Assembly: GCA_963693365.1 (NCBI GenBank)
Contig: CAVNZM010000013.1
Coordinates: forward strand, 7,082,713 to 7,146,712
DNA length: 64,000 nucleotides
Direction: 5' to 3'
From: Amoebidium appalachense
Taxonomy: Eukaryota > Protista > Ichthyosporea
Shown: positions 63,849 through 64,000 of the stretch, one piece after another
Position numbering within the stretch: the stretch's first letter is position 1
How the letters are laid out: each line of letters opens with the position of its first letter
Position numbers and translations under genes: made by a program
Notes under the pieces: model-generated
Told to the model about the DNA's origin: nothing
The model's input: only the letters and a program-made list of their open reading frames with translations
The model's database searches: none

Positions 63849-64000
63849 GGGGGGGGAGGGGGGGAGGAGAGTGGGGGTTATTCATATGCCTAGAGAGAAA
63901 TAATGTAGGGTTGTGGGGGGAAATAGCCACATGCATTTTTTACTTGTGTTGGGGGAGAAGATGGGGGGGGTGGAGGGGAGGGGTCCTACAATAACGGCAG

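Larger units (their letters stand above)
51987..64000. repeat. Giant inverted repeat: arms 51987-57921 and 58078-64000, spacer ~155 bp
   Basis: The last 20 bases of the window are the reverse complement of 51987-52006. Exons, introns and upstream DNA all mirror. Differences are mostly homopolymer lengths plus rare substitutions (e.g. YARALSE vs YARSLSE). Confidence 0.97.

Overview
Eukaryotic, intron-dense DNA. Introns are full of (CA)/(GT) microsatellites and poly-C/poly-G tracts, and exons are GC-rich. The animal-like IQGAP suggests an opisthokont, possibly a unicellular holozoan (inference). Most ORFs in the supplied track are repeat artefacts, so I rebuilt genes by hand from splice sites and reading-frame phase. 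Contents in order: (1) a 21-exon IQGAP gene on the minus strand, running off the left edge; (2) a divergent gene of at least 12 exons encoding an unusual chromodomain + F-box protein; (3) an intronless 619-aa orphan coiled-coil gene with a TATA box, followed by a cluster of short palindromes bracketed by direct repeats; (4) a poly(A)-tailed non-LTR retrotransposon RT with no visible endonuclease; (5) a 3-exon YcaC-like isochorismatase with a MITE in intron 2, and a second MITE nearby; (6) a head-to-head palindrome with arms of at least 5.9 kb and a ~155-bp spacer. Each arm carries a spliced DDE transposase gene (DUF6729/Zisupton-Mutator-like; ~1,500 aa in the complete left copy) with a WRN-type DEDDy 3'-5' exonuclease inserted inside its catalytic core. 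Homopolymer lengths look unreliable, so single-base frameshifts should be treated with caution.
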